Shown: piece by piece, positions 16,745-26,712 of the stretch
Numbering within the stretch: the first letter of the stretch is position 1
Layout of the letters: the number at the start of each line of letters is the position of its first letter
NCBI GenBank assembly: GCA_016234265.1
Contig: JACRFW010000004.1
Coordinates: 1-46,809, forward strand
Length of the DNA stretch: 46,809 nt
Direction of reading: 5' to 3'
DNA from: Candidatus Magasanikiibacteriota bacterium
GTDB lineage: Bacteria > Patescibacteriota > Patescibacteriia > Magasanikbacterales > GWA2-37-8
Program-made: the position numbers and the translations under genes
Notes under the pieces: generated by a model
Seen by the model: only the letters and a program-made list of their open reading frames with translations
Told to the model about the DNA's origin: nothing
Database searches by the model: none

Positions 16745-17755
16745 TTATTTTCCTTTATAGATCTTCTCCACAATTTTTAGTACTTCATATCCATCTCGAC
16801 CGCTCGGTACTGGGTCACGGCCTGCCCGAATGGCTGACGCAAATTCATTCAGTTCTTTGTTAAGCGACTTGTCCGCATCCGGGTCGCAGATAAATTCTTT
16901 TTCTATTGGATGATCAATATCCCCTTCTTTACGCCTGCCCCAGATCACTTTTTCCGTACCGCCATACTTGCGCCCCAACCCTTCAACTGAAATATAGCCT
17001 TTCGTACCAAAAATCTCAAAATTATGAATAGGTTTCCAATTCGACCAGCTCACGTGAATAGAGGCCAGCTGTTTCTGTTTCGTTTTCAAAATAAGCATGG
17101 CGTTGTCATCCGCGCCCGTGCCCCAAAATAGATCTTCGGCAAATCCAGTCACTCCAGAAAAATCACCCAAAAAAGACCGTGCCATGTCGATCATATGCAC
17201 ACCTTGATCAATGAGTTCACCACCACCAGAAATAAATTTCTGCATACGCCACTCTTTTTCATATCCGGCTCGCCCGCCAAAACCATAACGTGCGCGAATG
17301 AACATGGGTGTGCCGATCTTGCCCGCCTCATACAATTTTCTTACTAGAAGAAAACCGGCGTGATAACGGTGATTAAACCCGATCATATACCGCCGTTTGT
17401 GCTTACGCGCCAGCTCCAAAGTTTTTTTAATTTCCGCGGCCTTGATACCCCCCGGTTTTTCACAAAGCACATGCTTGCCATGCTGCAAAGCGCTCTGCGC
17501 GATCGGCGCCAAAAAACGATGCGGCGTGACAATGACGACCGCATCAATATCAAGACGCTTCAAGACAACTTTCCAATCGACAACGCCATCGCATTTCTTG
17601 AAAAGACCGGCCAATTGTTGCGCTCGCGCTCGATCAACGTCAACCACCGCGCGTACATCAAACTGCCGCGCGCGAGTGAGAGCGCGCGCCCAGCGCTTTC
17701 CCATGCCGCCCGCCCCGATGAGAGCAATGCGTATTTTTTTACCAGTCATAGCCAC
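16745..17755 (-). CDS. Gfo/Idh/MocA-family oxidoreductase
   Basis: IGAGGMG, GKHVLCEKP, GFNHRYH and GGGELIDQGVH. Confidence 0.92.
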   Translation of the reverse strand: MAMTGKKIRIALIGAGGMGKRWARALTRARQFDVRAVVDVDRARAQQLAGLFKKCDGVVDWKVVLKRLDIDAVVIVTPHRFLAPIAQSALQHGKHVLCEKPGGIKAAEIKKTLELARKHKRRYMIGFNHRYHAGFLLVRKLYEAGKIGTPMFIRARYGFGGRAGYEKEWRMQKFISGGGELIDQGVHMIDMARSFLGDFSGVTGFAEDLFWGTGADDNAMLILKTKQKQLASIHVSWSNWKPIHNFEIFGTKGYISVEGLGRKYGGTEKVIWGRRKEGDIDHPIEKEFICDPDADKSLNKELNEFASAIRAGRDPVPSGRDGYEVLKIVEKIYKGK

Positions 17756-18584
17756 GATCTTTAGGTTTAATGCGTCGCCAATTATAAATGTCCGATTTCA
17801 TGATCTCCGACAGATGATTAGGTATATCTTCATAACGATCCCACACCGCACTGATATTTTTACCAGTCAGGCCACTGGATTTCTCGGAAGCCAGCCACAC
17901 GGCGAGCGCGGCGGCTTTGTTCGGAGGGACAGGCTGTTCACTCCCCGCCCCCTGCGCCGCAGCATATTTCTCCGCTCCCGCCCGTGCCGCACCAGCCGCT
18001 ATAATTTCTTCGCGCAGACCGGACGCGACGGCACCTGGCGAAATGGCGTTAACCGTAATACCGAGCGGTTGGAGCTCGGCCGCTACTGTTTCGGTAAAAC
18101 GCACAATCGCACCCTTGGAACTCGCGTAGGAGCTAAAACGCGGGAACGCGCCTTCTCCGGCGCCGGCAAAGGTAATAATTTTGCCACACGGGCTCTTTTT
18201 CAAAAGCGGCAGAGCATATTTAATGGCCATCATCGTACCCAGAACATTTACTTTAAAGGCGGTGAGCCAACTGTCCGGATCACACTGCTCCAGCGTCCCA
18301 ACCTCGCCAAGCGTCCCCGCCGCGCAGACCAGAACATCCAATTGTCCACATTTTTTTTCTACAAAGGCGAGGCACTCCTGCACTGCCTTTGCATCGGCCA
18401 CATCAGCAGGAAAAATCTCCACGCTGGTCAAGCCTGATAACTCATGTTGCCTTTTTTTGAGTTGCTCCTCGGAGCGGCCAGAGAGTACCAAGCGAGCGCC
18501 CTCCCGAGCGAAGTGACGAGCAATCTCGCCGCCGATCGTGCCGGTAGCACCGGTGATAAGAGCTATTTTCCCTGATAAAATCAT
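17739..18584 (-). CDS. Short-chain dehydrogenase/reductase
   Basis: ITGATGTIG, YASSK and VNAISPG. Confidence 0.92.
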   Translation of the reverse strand: MILSGKIALITGATGTIGGEIARHFAREGARLVLSGRSEEQLKKRQHELSGLTSVEIFPADVADAKAVQECLAFVEKKCGQLDVLVCAAGTLGEVGTLEQCDPDSWLTAFKVNVLGTMMAIKYALPLLKKSPCGKIITFAGAGEGAFPRFSSYASSKGAIVRFTETVAAELQPLGITVNAISPGAVASGLREEIIAAGAARAGAEKYAAAQGAGSEQPVPPNKAAALAVWLASEKSSGLTGKNISAVWDRYEDIPNHLSEIMKSDIYNWRRIKPKDRGYDW

Positions 18585-19591
18585 ATAGTATTCATTGCCC
18601 GCGGCCGTTGAAGTATCACTTGCGTGCCACTGGCATCCACACGATAAGGGACTTCCCGCATACCCGCCGTAGCGAACACACGCCTGACCGCATCTTGCGA
18701 ACCGTCCCTACAATAAACCAAGAAAAACCCGCCGCCACCGGCACCAACAATTTTACCACCTACCACACCCTGCACCTTTGCTTGTTTGTAAATATCATCA
18801 AAGCGATCATTGCTCATTTTGGCAGACATTTGACGTTTAAGATTCCAGTGGGCATCCATCAGCTCCCCAAACCGATCGAGATTCCCCTGTTCAAAAGCCT
18901 TCAAAATATCCTGGCCGATCTGCTTTGTTTGGTGTTTGAGATCAATGGCATTAGTTTGATGATTACGAATAACAGTCTGCTGTTCTTTCAATACATCCAC
19001 GCTGGAACGGCGCACGCCGGTGTAGAACAAGAGCGTTTGCCGCTCAAATTGTTCTTGGATCGCCCGCGAAATATTGGCCGGCGACACGGTCACCATACCG
19101 CTCGGGGCAATGTTCAAGACACAAAAATTACCAAATGATGCCAAATAAAAATCTTGTTTGCCGTCTGGCAGACCCAGATCATCGGTTGCGATCTCAAAAG
19201 CTTCCTCGGCCAACTGCCAACGCGAAACATTTTCTCCTTTCAAGGTGTGGAGGGCATTCAAAAGGCCGACCAAATAGCTGGCTGAACTGCCAAGCCCGGT
19301 GCCGTCAGATACATCGGCCATGGTAGATATCTCTATCATTTTGGCAATGCCGGTACGCTGCAGTGCCGCCCGGGCAATTTTGTGTTTCAATTCGGTAATT
19401 TTTTCCACGGTCTCACTATCATGATACTTTAGCCGGATCAAATCATCAACCGGCGGGCGATTCACGCCCGTGTACATGTACAAATTGATCGTCACCGCAA
19501 AAATAAAACCGCCAAACTGTTGGTAGTAGGCTGGCAAATCGGTGGAGCCTCCGCCGAGCGGGAGACGAAATGGTGTTCGTGCTAATATCAT
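18581..19591 (-). CDS. hddA: GHMP sugar kinase, D-glycero-alpha-D-manno-heptose 7-phosphate kinase-like
   Basis: PFRLPLGGGSTD, GTGLGSS, GKQD and GAGGGGF; gmhA and gmhB lie in the same locus. Confidence 0.85.
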   Translation of the reverse strand: MILARTPFRLPLGGGSTDLPAYYQQFGGFIFAVTINLYMYTGVNRPPVDDLIRLKYHDSETVEKITELKHKIARAALQRTGIAKMIEISTMADVSDGTGLGSSASYLVGLLNALHTLKGENVSRWQLAEEAFEIATDDLGLPDGKQDFYLASFGNFCVLNIAPSGMVTVSPANISRAIQEQFERQTLLFYTGVRRSSVDVLKEQQTVIRNHQTNAIDLKHQTKQIGQDILKAFEQGNLDRFGELMDAHWNLKRQMSAKMSNDRFDDIYKQAKVQGVVGGKIVGAGGGGFFLVYCRDGSQDAVRRVFATAGMREVPYRVDASGTQVILQRPRAMNTI

Positions 19592-20277
19592 GCCAGTGGA
19601 ATATTTTTTAAACGCTGCTCCAGTCGGACAATATCCTCCATGGTAGAGAGCCCCCCAATAGCTTGGGCCGACTGCACCGCCATCGTGGGGTGATCATGAA
19701 CAAATTGATCCACCATACTGGTGAAAAAAAATTCGCCGTTGGGTTTCTGCTTGGGCTGATAGGAAAAAATGTCCCGCGTAAGCACTAAGACGCCGTTGGA
19801 AATAAGGTTGCCTGCCGGATGCTCCGGTTTTTCCACTATTTCAGCAATGGTGCCGTCCTCACGCAACATGGGTACGCCATGATTCCACGGGTCATCAACG
19901 GTCCAACACAGCACGCTCGCCGGATACTGGAGACAGGCGGCAATATCCACACGGCTGGGAAACTCATCACCATTGATAAAAAGAAAACGATCATCGTGAA
20001 TAAATGGCTCGGCCGCTAAAAAACTATAGGCGCTTCCGAGCGGGGAACCATCAGCGTAAACAATAGATCGGCCATGAAAAGTGGTTCCGCAATACTGTTT
20101 GATCTGCTCGCCCAAATAGCGTACCACCATCACTGCCTCAGTTATTTCTTCAGGCAGCGCTTCAAAGATATAGTCAAGCAGAGCTTTGCCCGCAATTTTT
20201 ACCAATGGTTTTGGGATGGTGAGGGTAAGTGGGCGCATCCGTGTCCCCTCTCCAGCAGCGATAATAACAGCTTGCAT
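19588..20277 (-). CDS. Sugar-1-phosphate nucleotidyltransferase (candidate HddC role)
   Basis: IAAGEGTRMRPLT..PKPL, INGD and IVEKP; its stop overlaps the hddA start. Confidence 0.88.
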   Translation of the reverse strand: MQAVIIAAGEGTRMRPLTLTIPKPLVKIAGKALLDYIFEALPEEITEAVMVVRYLGEQIKQYCGTTFHGRSIVYADGSPLGSAYSFLAAEPFIHDDRFLFINGDEFPSRVDIAACLQYPASVLCWTVDDPWNHGVPMLREDGTIAEIVEKPEHPAGNLISNGVLVLTRDIFSYQPKQKPNGEFFFTSMVDQFVHDHPTMAVQSAQAIGGLSTMEDIVRLEQRLKNIPLA

Positions 20278-20278
20278 A

Positions 20279-21205
20279 TTATTCTTTCACAATTCTCTCC
20301 CGAATGATATAGGGTGTTTTGTGGTTGGTTTCAAAATACACCCGCAAAATAAGTTCCGCCAAAAAGCCCATCATGAAAAATAAAATACCGGACAAGATGA
20401 AAAATATCGTGAGAACGGGCAGAGGCGTTTGGCCAAAATTGCGTAGAGCCATTACTTTGAGATAGACTGAGATGAACGCAGCTACAATGCCGGCGGCAAA
20501 AGAAAACACGCCGATACCGCCAAAAAAGAGCAGTGGTCGACCGGTCATGGTCACCAAAAATTTAATCGTCATCAAATCAAAGAGGTCCTTGACCGCTTTC
20601 ATGAAATAGTGCTTGGAAACACCGAATTGCCGCGCGTGATGTATAACCGGAATTTCTGCTACTTTGGCTCCCCGTCCGTATAAATACGCTGGGAGAAAAA
20701 CATGCATCTCTCCGTACAAATGTATCGCCTGTACCACTCCACGACGATAGGCTTTCATTGCACAGGCCGAGTCGTGCAGTGCCAGCCCCGTCATGCGAGC
20801 GGTCAGACCATTTGCCAACCGAGACAACCAGCGGCGGCCTGTCGAGTCATTGCGCTCCGCCCGCCACCCCGATACGACATCATAGCCCTCGCGAATCTTC
20901 GCGACCAAACGCGGAATATCAGCCGGATCATTTTGCAAATCGCCATCCATGGTGATAATGATTTCCCCGGTTGCGTCATGAATACCAGCATCGAGTGCCG
21001 AGGTCTGACCAAAATCCATCGCCAAAATAATAATTTTTACTTTCGGCAAAGATTTCAAACGAGCCACGGTCTGATCGGTAGAACCATCATCCACAAATAT
21101 GACTTCAAAATCCTCGCCCATCGCGTACATGGCCGAAACAATCTTTTGATACAAAAGATCAACGTTTTCCTCTTCATTATAAACTGGAACAACAATAGAA
21201 ATCAT
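20279..21205 (-). CDS. GT2 polyprenyl-phosphate glycosyltransferase (ArnC/GtrB-like)
   Basis: VVPVYNEE, VDDGSTD, MDGDLQND and two C-terminal transmembrane segments. Confidence 0.92.
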   Translation of the reverse strand: MISIVVPVYNEEENVDLLYQKIVSAMYAMGEDFEVIFVDDGSTDQTVARLKSLPKVKIIILAMDFGQTSALDAGIHDATGEIIITMDGDLQNDPADIPRLVAKIREGYDVVSGWRAERNDSTGRRWLSRLANGLTARMTGLALHDSACAMKAYRRGVVQAIHLYGEMHVFLPAYLYGRGAKVAEIPVIHHARQFGVSKHYFMKAVKDLFDLMTIKFLVTMTGRPLLFFGGIGVFSFAAGIVAAFISVYLKVMALRNFGQTPLPVLTIFFILSGILFFMMGFLAELILRVYFETNHKTPYIIRERIVKE

Positions 21206-21232
21206 ACAGTATGCTAGTTTAAATGTAAGCCA

Positions 21233-21261
21233 ATTTTAGAGAAAAAATTGCTTTTTGTCAA
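21233..21261 (-). promoter_or_regulatory. Near-consensus sigma70 promoter for the GT2-NTase-hddA-SDR-Gfo-epimerase block
   Basis: TTGACA-17 nt-TAAAAT, 27 nt upstream of ATG 21205. Confidence 0.7.
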
Positions 21262-21276
21262 GCAGCCACCACTATC

Positions 21277-22599
21277 TTAACGACCCACACCAAGATAGCT
21301 GAAACCCGCCGCGCGCAGAGCTACTTCTTGGTCGTAGAAAAAATTTCTGGTGTCAAAAAATATATAAGGCGGCTTTAAACACAACTTGAGCTTGATAAGA
21401 TTCAATTTCTTAAATTCAGGCCAGTTGGTAATAATAACTACTGCTTGGCAGCCTTTGGCGCACTCGTAAGAGTTGGCAAAAAACTCCACGGGCAGAGCCT
21501 TTTTTACCTCCTCGGCATCAGCCATTGGATCGTGCGCGTGGATAATTGCTCCGGCGGTGAGCAATTTAGAAATTATTTCCAAAGCTAAGGCTCGGCGCAG
21601 CGTGGCTGTGCCTGGTTTATACGTCAGCCCAAAAACGGCGATCTTTTTCCCTTTTAAATTTCCTAGATAATCTGTTAGATATTTGGTTGCTAGCGATCGC
21701 CGGATCTTATTTTTCTTAAATACACCAGCGATAACCGGCAGATCAATATCCGCTTCGTGAGCTTTATTGAGAAGGATTTTTAAATCTCTGGCCAATGTGC
21801 CGCCAGAGAATCCGATGCTCGCATCTAGATAAGCCCCCGGCCCAATACGCTCATCAGAGCGCAACGCTTTGGCTACCGCCACAATATCTGCGCCATACAG
21901 CTGGCACAGATCGGCAATGTCGTACGTAAAACTAAGCGACGTTGCCAAAAAAGCGTTGAGAGCGTGCTTGCTCATTTCCGCTGACGACGGATCCATCACC
22001 AGAAAAGACGTGCGCAAAGGCGCAAAAATATCTTTTATCTTTTCTGCCGTCTCAGCTGTAGATGCCCCCACCACGATTCGTCCTGGCTTCATAAAACTTT
22101 CCACGGCCTTGCCGAGTTGTAAATTCTCCGGCACATAGGCCACTGAAAATTTTAACTCCGGCCTCGCTTCGGAAATAAAACCTACTATGGCCTGAGTGGT
22201 GCCAACAGGTAATTGACTGGAAATAACAACTAGCACGTCTTGTTTTAAAACCGGTACAGCGCGCTGTAAAAAATCCCAAATAGGGTCCAGGTGCACCATA
22301 TCCTTTTCATCCACTGGCGTATCAAACGCGACCCACACAGTATTGCACTCCTTCAGTTTATTTAAATCGGTAGTAAAATCCAACCGGTAATCGTGAATGC
22401 AATTTTTAATTTTGTCTTCCAACTGCGGCTCCATGAGCGGCGCCCGGCCTTCCTGCAAACGAGCCACCACCGCGGCGTCTTGATCCCACCCAATCACAGT
22501 GTGCCCCACGTCTGCTAAACAGCCAGCATACACACTACCCAAGTGCCATAAGCCAGCAACAGCAATTATATATTTATTTTGCACGACAAAAATGCTCAT
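21277..22599 (-). CDS. UDP-glucose/GDP-mannose dehydrogenase-family protein, atypical
   Basis: DTP, VPENL, AEMSKHALNAFLA, DERIG and GLTYKPGT. The usual GxGGxC catalytic Cys motif reads GFSGGT here. Confidence 0.88.
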   Translation of the reverse strand: MSIFVVQNKYIIAVAGLWHLGSVYAGCLADVGHTVIGWDQDAAVVARLQEGRAPLMEPQLEDKIKNCIHDYRLDFTTDLNKLKECNTVWVAFDTPVDEKDMVHLDPIWDFLQRAVPVLKQDVLVVISSQLPVGTTQAIVGFISEARPELKFSVAYVPENLQLGKAVESFMKPGRIVVGASTAETAEKIKDIFAPLRTSFLVMDPSSAEMSKHALNAFLATSLSFTYDIADLCQLYGADIVAVAKALRSDERIGPGAYLDASIGFSGGTLARDLKILLNKAHEADIDLPVIAGVFKKNKIRRSLATKYLTDYLGNLKGKKIAVFGLTYKPGTATLRRALALEIISKLLTAGAIIHAHDPMADAEEVKKALPVEFFANSYECAKGCQAVVIITNWPEFKKLNLIKLKLCLKPPYIFFDTRNFFYDQEVALRAAGFSYLGVGR

Positions 22600-22617
22600 A
22601 GAATATTGATAAAAAGA

Positions 22618-23340
22618 TTATTTATATAAACCGCGCAATTGATTTAACTTCATATTAAACAGTTCCCACAATGAAGAAAAAATCGCCTGAAAAACTTTTA
22701 CCTTGGAATCGGCGTCATGCGCCCAGCTTACTGGTATCTGTTTAATAGGCAGGTAATGCAGAGTGCCGACATAGAGAAGTTCTGCGTCAAAACCCCAACG
22801 GTTTATCCGGGCTCGGGGGAAAATGATCGCGACCGCGGTCCTGGAAAAACACTTAAAACCACAGGTGAAATCAACTACGGACGGTACCAACAAATTTGAT
22901 AATTTTGTAAAACAATGACCGAGTAGTGTCCTCGTTTTTGATTCCCGTACGTTAATTTGCGACGCTGGCAGACGACGGCTACCAATTACAATCTGGTCGC
23001 CCGGGGCAAGCGTCTCTACCAAGAGGTTAAACTCTTCCAACGGTGTGGCTAGATCAACGTCAAAAAATACCACCCAATCCCCTTTGGATGCCAACGCCCC
23101 CTGACGCACCGCGTATCCTTTGCCTTGATTTTTTTGATAACTAATTATTTTAAAATTATATTTATTATTATACGCCGACAAAATCGCCAACGTTTGGTCG
23201 GTCGACCCATCATTCACAAAAATAATTTCTACTTTTTGATGTGTGGTAAGAAAAAATTGGCAGATCTTGTCAATGTTTTTCGGCAAACGCCTCTCTTCGT
23301 TATAGACCGGAATAACTATCGAAAAATTGATGTCGTCCAT
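22618..23340 (-). CDS. GT2 dolichyl/polyprenyl-phosphate glucosyltransferase-like
   Basis: IPVYNEE, VNDGSTD, NQGKG, DVDLAT, CGFK and WGFDAE. Confidence 0.9.
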   Translation of the reverse strand: MDDINFSIVIPVYNEERRLPKNIDKICQFFLTTHQKVEIIFVNDGSTDQTLAILSAYNNKYNFKIISYQKNQGKGYAVRQGALASKGDWVVFFDVDLATPLEEFNLLVETLAPGDQIVIGSRRLPASQINVRESKTRTLLGHCFTKLSNLLVPSVVDFTCGFKCFSRTAVAIIFPRARINRWGFDAELLYVGTLHYLPIKQIPVSWAHDADSKVKVFQAIFSSLWELFNMKLNQLRGLYK

Positions 23341-23342
23341 AC

Positions 23343-24068
23343 TCACCACATTTTCTCATTATAAACGCCGCGCCAATCATTATACAAGATACGAAAAATA
23401 TCAAGTAACACCACCACGTAATCAAACTTCTTTACCGTAGTAGTCGGATCGTTCACCCAGACAACTGGAACCTCGACGATGTGAAAACCGCGTTTATGCG
23501 CTACATAGAGTATTTCCATATCAAATCCCCACCGATCGATCGTCTGATACTCAAAGACACTCTTAGCCCGAGCAGGAAAAAGTTTAAAACCGCACTGCGT
23601 ATCTTGATAGGGCAGGCCTAAAAACAATCGGATGACACTATTGCCCAGATTTGCTGCCCGTTCTTTGAACCACGACTGGTGGCGGATGATCCGCGAATCA
23701 GCCAAGCCTCGAGAAGCGATAACGACATCATCCTCTCTCGCCGCCCACCACAAAACTTCAAATTGATCAAGCGGCGTAGAAAGATCAGCGTCCATAAACA
23801 AAATATAGTCGCCTCGCGCCTCCTCTACTCCCCGTTTTATTGAGTACCCCTTACCGCGATTGGTCTCATTGCACAAGAGTCGTATCACTTTGTTCTGCAG
23901 AGCCACCTGCTCAACAAGTGACACAGAATTATCCGTTGAACAGTCATCAACCACTAGTATTTCCGTCACCCACTGCGGCCGGTCAGCAAAATATCTCTGA
24001 ATCGCGGCTAGGGTGTTGGCGATAACGGTGGCTTCATTGAAAATGGGAATGACAACGGATAAACGCAC
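23343..24068 (-). CDS. GT2 dolichyl/polyprenyl-phosphate glucosyltransferase-like
   Basis: IPIFNE, VDDCSTD, NRGKG, DADLST, DTQCGFK and WGFDME; GTG start. Confidence 0.9.
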   Translation of the reverse strand: MRLSVVIPIFNEATVIANTLAAIQRYFADRPQWVTEILVVDDCSTDNSVSLVEQVALQNKVIRLLCNETNRGKGYSIKRGVEEARGDYILFMDADLSTPLDQFEVLWWAAREDDVVIASRGLADSRIIRHQSWFKERAANLGNSVIRLFLGLPYQDTQCGFKLFPARAKSVFEYQTIDRWGFDMEILYVAHKRGFHIVEVPVVWVNDPTTTVKKFDYVVVLLDIFRILYNDWRGVYNEKMW

Positions 24069-24119
24069 ACTATAGCTGTAGATATAAACAAAATCTTATT
24101 CCAACTCATTGCCTCTAAA

Positions 24120-25949
24120 CTACCACACTACCTTATATAAATAAACGCCGTTTGAAACAACCAGTTCCTGTAATTTCCCTTTTAAAAAGGACAGATCCCA
24201 TGTCGGATTCTGATTCCTATCCCAAACAATGTAATTAACCTCGCTCTTCTTGAGAATATCCATAATACCCTGGGAGCTCGCAACTTTTTTATACCCATCA
24301 AAAAGACGACTAAGGCCTTCATCACGCTTCGCCATGACAACAGGATTTTGTGCCGCCAATCCAAAACTATACGCATTGGGGCTAAAACCAGACCAATAGG
24401 AGGTCAAAAAACGATATATGAACGGATATTGTCGGTCGTCTCCGTAATCTCCAGGTCCCGACTCGTAATCCGAGCGCTTGAGGCGTGCCACAAAATCATT
24501 CCGCGTTTCTTTGTCTAAATACGCGTACACATACAGGGCATCAATAATTCTCTCGATCGGAGTATTAAAAACAAGTGCCTGGCTATGCCAGAATAGATCG
24601 TGGCGAGTGTACACGATCAAGTATTTCGCAAAAAATGCCTGCGAGTCTAAAATAACTCCTGGTTTTGGATCGCGATTGAGAACATCAAAAATTGGACGAT
24701 AGTCCTGTGCATGCTGGCGCAGGTCAAACGTAGCCAGCGTACCCAAATATTGCTGCCTGGCGGTAGTAAAAAAAGCCACAACAATCAACGCGACCAGCGC
24801 GATCCAACCATATTTCTGGACAAATTTCAATTGCATACTCTGTACCAGGGACCATGCTAGATAGGAACCGACCACAATAGAGGTTGGTATAGTAAAATAC
24901 CAAAAATAATGTAACAACTGAGGGCTCTGGCCGGTTATAACCTGCTGATTTAAACAGATCCAACTGGCCAAGACAATTGCCAACAGGAGCGGCAAAGACT
25001 CGTCTTTTCTATTCTTATAGGCATAGAGCGCCAACAAAATAAGCACTAACACGGAAAGTTTGCTGACCGGGTAAGGAGTATGATTATTAGTATCATCAAT
25101 AGCAAAATACATTATTTGCTTACCCATAGTGGAGTACGGAAAAGTGACTGTCCTCACCAGGGTGTACGACCCGACAACCAAGCCGATGGCCATAACGGCC
25201 AAAACCTTTTTTACCTGTACTGTCTTCCTGAAAACTATGTACACCAACAGTAAGCTACCTGTGAGCGCCCCGGCAAACGTCCAGGTGAAAGGATAAACAT
25301 AAAATAAGGTTCCAAATAACAAACCAGACCAGTATACATTCTTCCAGCGGTCTGACCTTAGACTTCTTATCAGTACGTTCAGGTAAGCAAACAGGGTCAA
25401 GAGCCCATAGAGCGGTATGATGGGTCGGACAAACATATTAAAATCCGGCCTCTCCATCGTCACCGGATCATGATAGAGCTTAACGAGCGTGTACCCGCCA
25501 ATAGTGAACAGAGCGATCGTGATAGCCAGGAGCTTGTTGCCGCCTGACAAATACAAAATGAAAAAATATATGAGCAAAGCCAAGCCAATAATCCCGAAGA
25601 TGGCGACAACATAGTACAACTGCGTAATGTAGAAAGCCATAACATCACCGAGCCCCAACAACCGAAGCGGGCCCAGGAAAAGATACTCAATGTATACTTG
25701 ATGCGGGTCAGACGAGGCATCTTTGCCAATTTTTAAATTATCATTACCCAAAGAATGCCCCTCAAGTATTTCTCTGCCTTTACCAAGATAATACGAATAA
25801 TCTACCCAACTGCCAATATCAACTCCTCGATACGAGTTGCCGGCTAATAGAGGATACAAGAAAGACGGCGAAATAACGAAAAAACCCAGTGCTGTTGCCA
25901 GCAAAACTATAGCTTTATGCTCAATGAAAAAATTACATAGTCTTTTCAT
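24120..25949 (-). CDS. Polytopic membrane protein, putative GT-C-fold transferase; paralogue of the C-terminal domain of <1..2180
   Basis: About 11 hydrophobic segments, an acidic/aromatic first loop (VDYSYY) and a soluble C-terminal domain ending VNYIVWD..YLYKV. Confidence 0.7.
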   Translation of the reverse strand: MKRLCNFFIEHKAIVLLATALGFFVISPSFLYPLLAGNSYRGVDIGSWVDYSYYLGKGREILEGHSLGNDNLKIGKDASSDPHQVYIEYLFLGPLRLLGLGDVMAFYITQLYYVVAIFGIIGLALLIYFFILYLSGGNKLLAITIALFTIGGYTLVKLYHDPVTMERPDFNMFVRPIIPLYGLLTLFAYLNVLIRSLRSDRWKNVYWSGLLFGTLFYVYPFTWTFAGALTGSLLLVYIVFRKTVQVKKVLAVMAIGLVVGSYTLVRTVTFPYSTMGKQIMYFAIDDTNNHTPYPVSKLSVLVLILLALYAYKNRKDESLPLLLAIVLASWICLNQQVITGQSPQLLHYFWYFTIPTSIVVGSYLAWSLVQSMQLKFVQKYGWIALVALIVVAFFTTARQQYLGTLATFDLRQHAQDYRPIFDVLNRDPKPGVILDSQAFFAKYLIVYTRHDLFWHSQALVFNTPIERIIDALYVYAYLDKETRNDFVARLKRSDYESGPGDYGDDRQYPFIYRFLTSYWSGFSPNAYSFGLAAQNPVVMAKRDEGLSRLFDGYKKVASSQGIMDILKKSEVNYIVWDRNQNPTWDLSFLKGKLQELVVSNGVYLYKVVW

Positions 25950-25960
25950 AGCTTTTTGTC

Positions 25961-26695
25961 TTATACTACTTCTGTATTTTTCTGATACACCGCGAGCAAC
26001 GAAACTCCGAATGGAAAGTCGATCAACCTAAGCAATGGTAACTCAGCCTTAAAAATAGCATAAAAAACAGCATTTAACGTCGATAACCGCTCAAAGGAGT
26101 CTTTATCTTTTAATTTAAACAGCTTGATAATGAAACGCATGAAGACGATCGGTGGAAAAAGAAAAAAATTAAAGTAACTGACTTTATTTTTGGTCCACCC
26201 TGATACAAATAGAGCCTCCAGGCTCTTTTTGTCATAACGCCTCTGGTGCATAAGATATTCATCGTGCGCCGACCATAAAAAGGAAAAAGCAGGGACAAAA
26301 CAAATAAAAATGCCTCCGGGTTTGAGCACTCTTTTGATTTCTTGGGTAGCACCCTGATCGTCTTTTAAATGCTCAAAAACATCCAGGGCAATGACAAGAT
26401 CAAAATTGCCATCGCCAAACGGAAGAGAGTTTGCTTCGCCTCTATACAAATTTTTTAATCTTTGCTCTGAACAAAAACGCAGAGCTTCCTCCGATACATC
26501 CAATGAATATACTGTTCCAAACGACTCCAACAATTTACTGTTCAAACCAGTGCCACAACCGACATCAAGAATTTTCAAATTACCAGAATGAATAAAATAT
26601 CTTTTTACCAGTAGCCGTAACAATCGTGCCCGCACCCTTGTCCACCAATGTTCCTTTTCTACTTTATACAGCACGCCATAAGCTTCTACGTTCAT
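25961..26695 (-). CDS. Class I SAM-dependent methyltransferase
   Basis: HWW..R, ILDVGCGTG, LDVFEH, VPAF.FLWS.HD and HQRRY. Confidence 0.9.
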   Translation of the reverse strand: MNVEAYGVLYKVEKEHWWTRVRARLLRLLVKRYFIHSGNLKILDVGCGTGLNSKLLESFGTVYSLDVSEEALRFCSEQRLKNLYRGEANSLPFGDGNFDLVIALDVFEHLKDDQGATQEIKRVLKPGGIFICFVPAFSFLWSAHDEYLMHQRRYDKKSLEALFVSGWTKNKVSYFNFFLFPPIVFMRFIIKLFKLKDKDSFERLSTLNAVFYAIFKAELPLLRLIDFPFGVSLLAVYQKNTEVV

Positions 26696-26712
26696 ATTAC
26701 AACAAATAGCTT

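Noticed and set aside
17397-18437. 346-aa plus-strand ORF
   Set aside because: Spans two well-supported minus-strand oxidoreductases, with Arg/Ala-rich non-protein-like composition.
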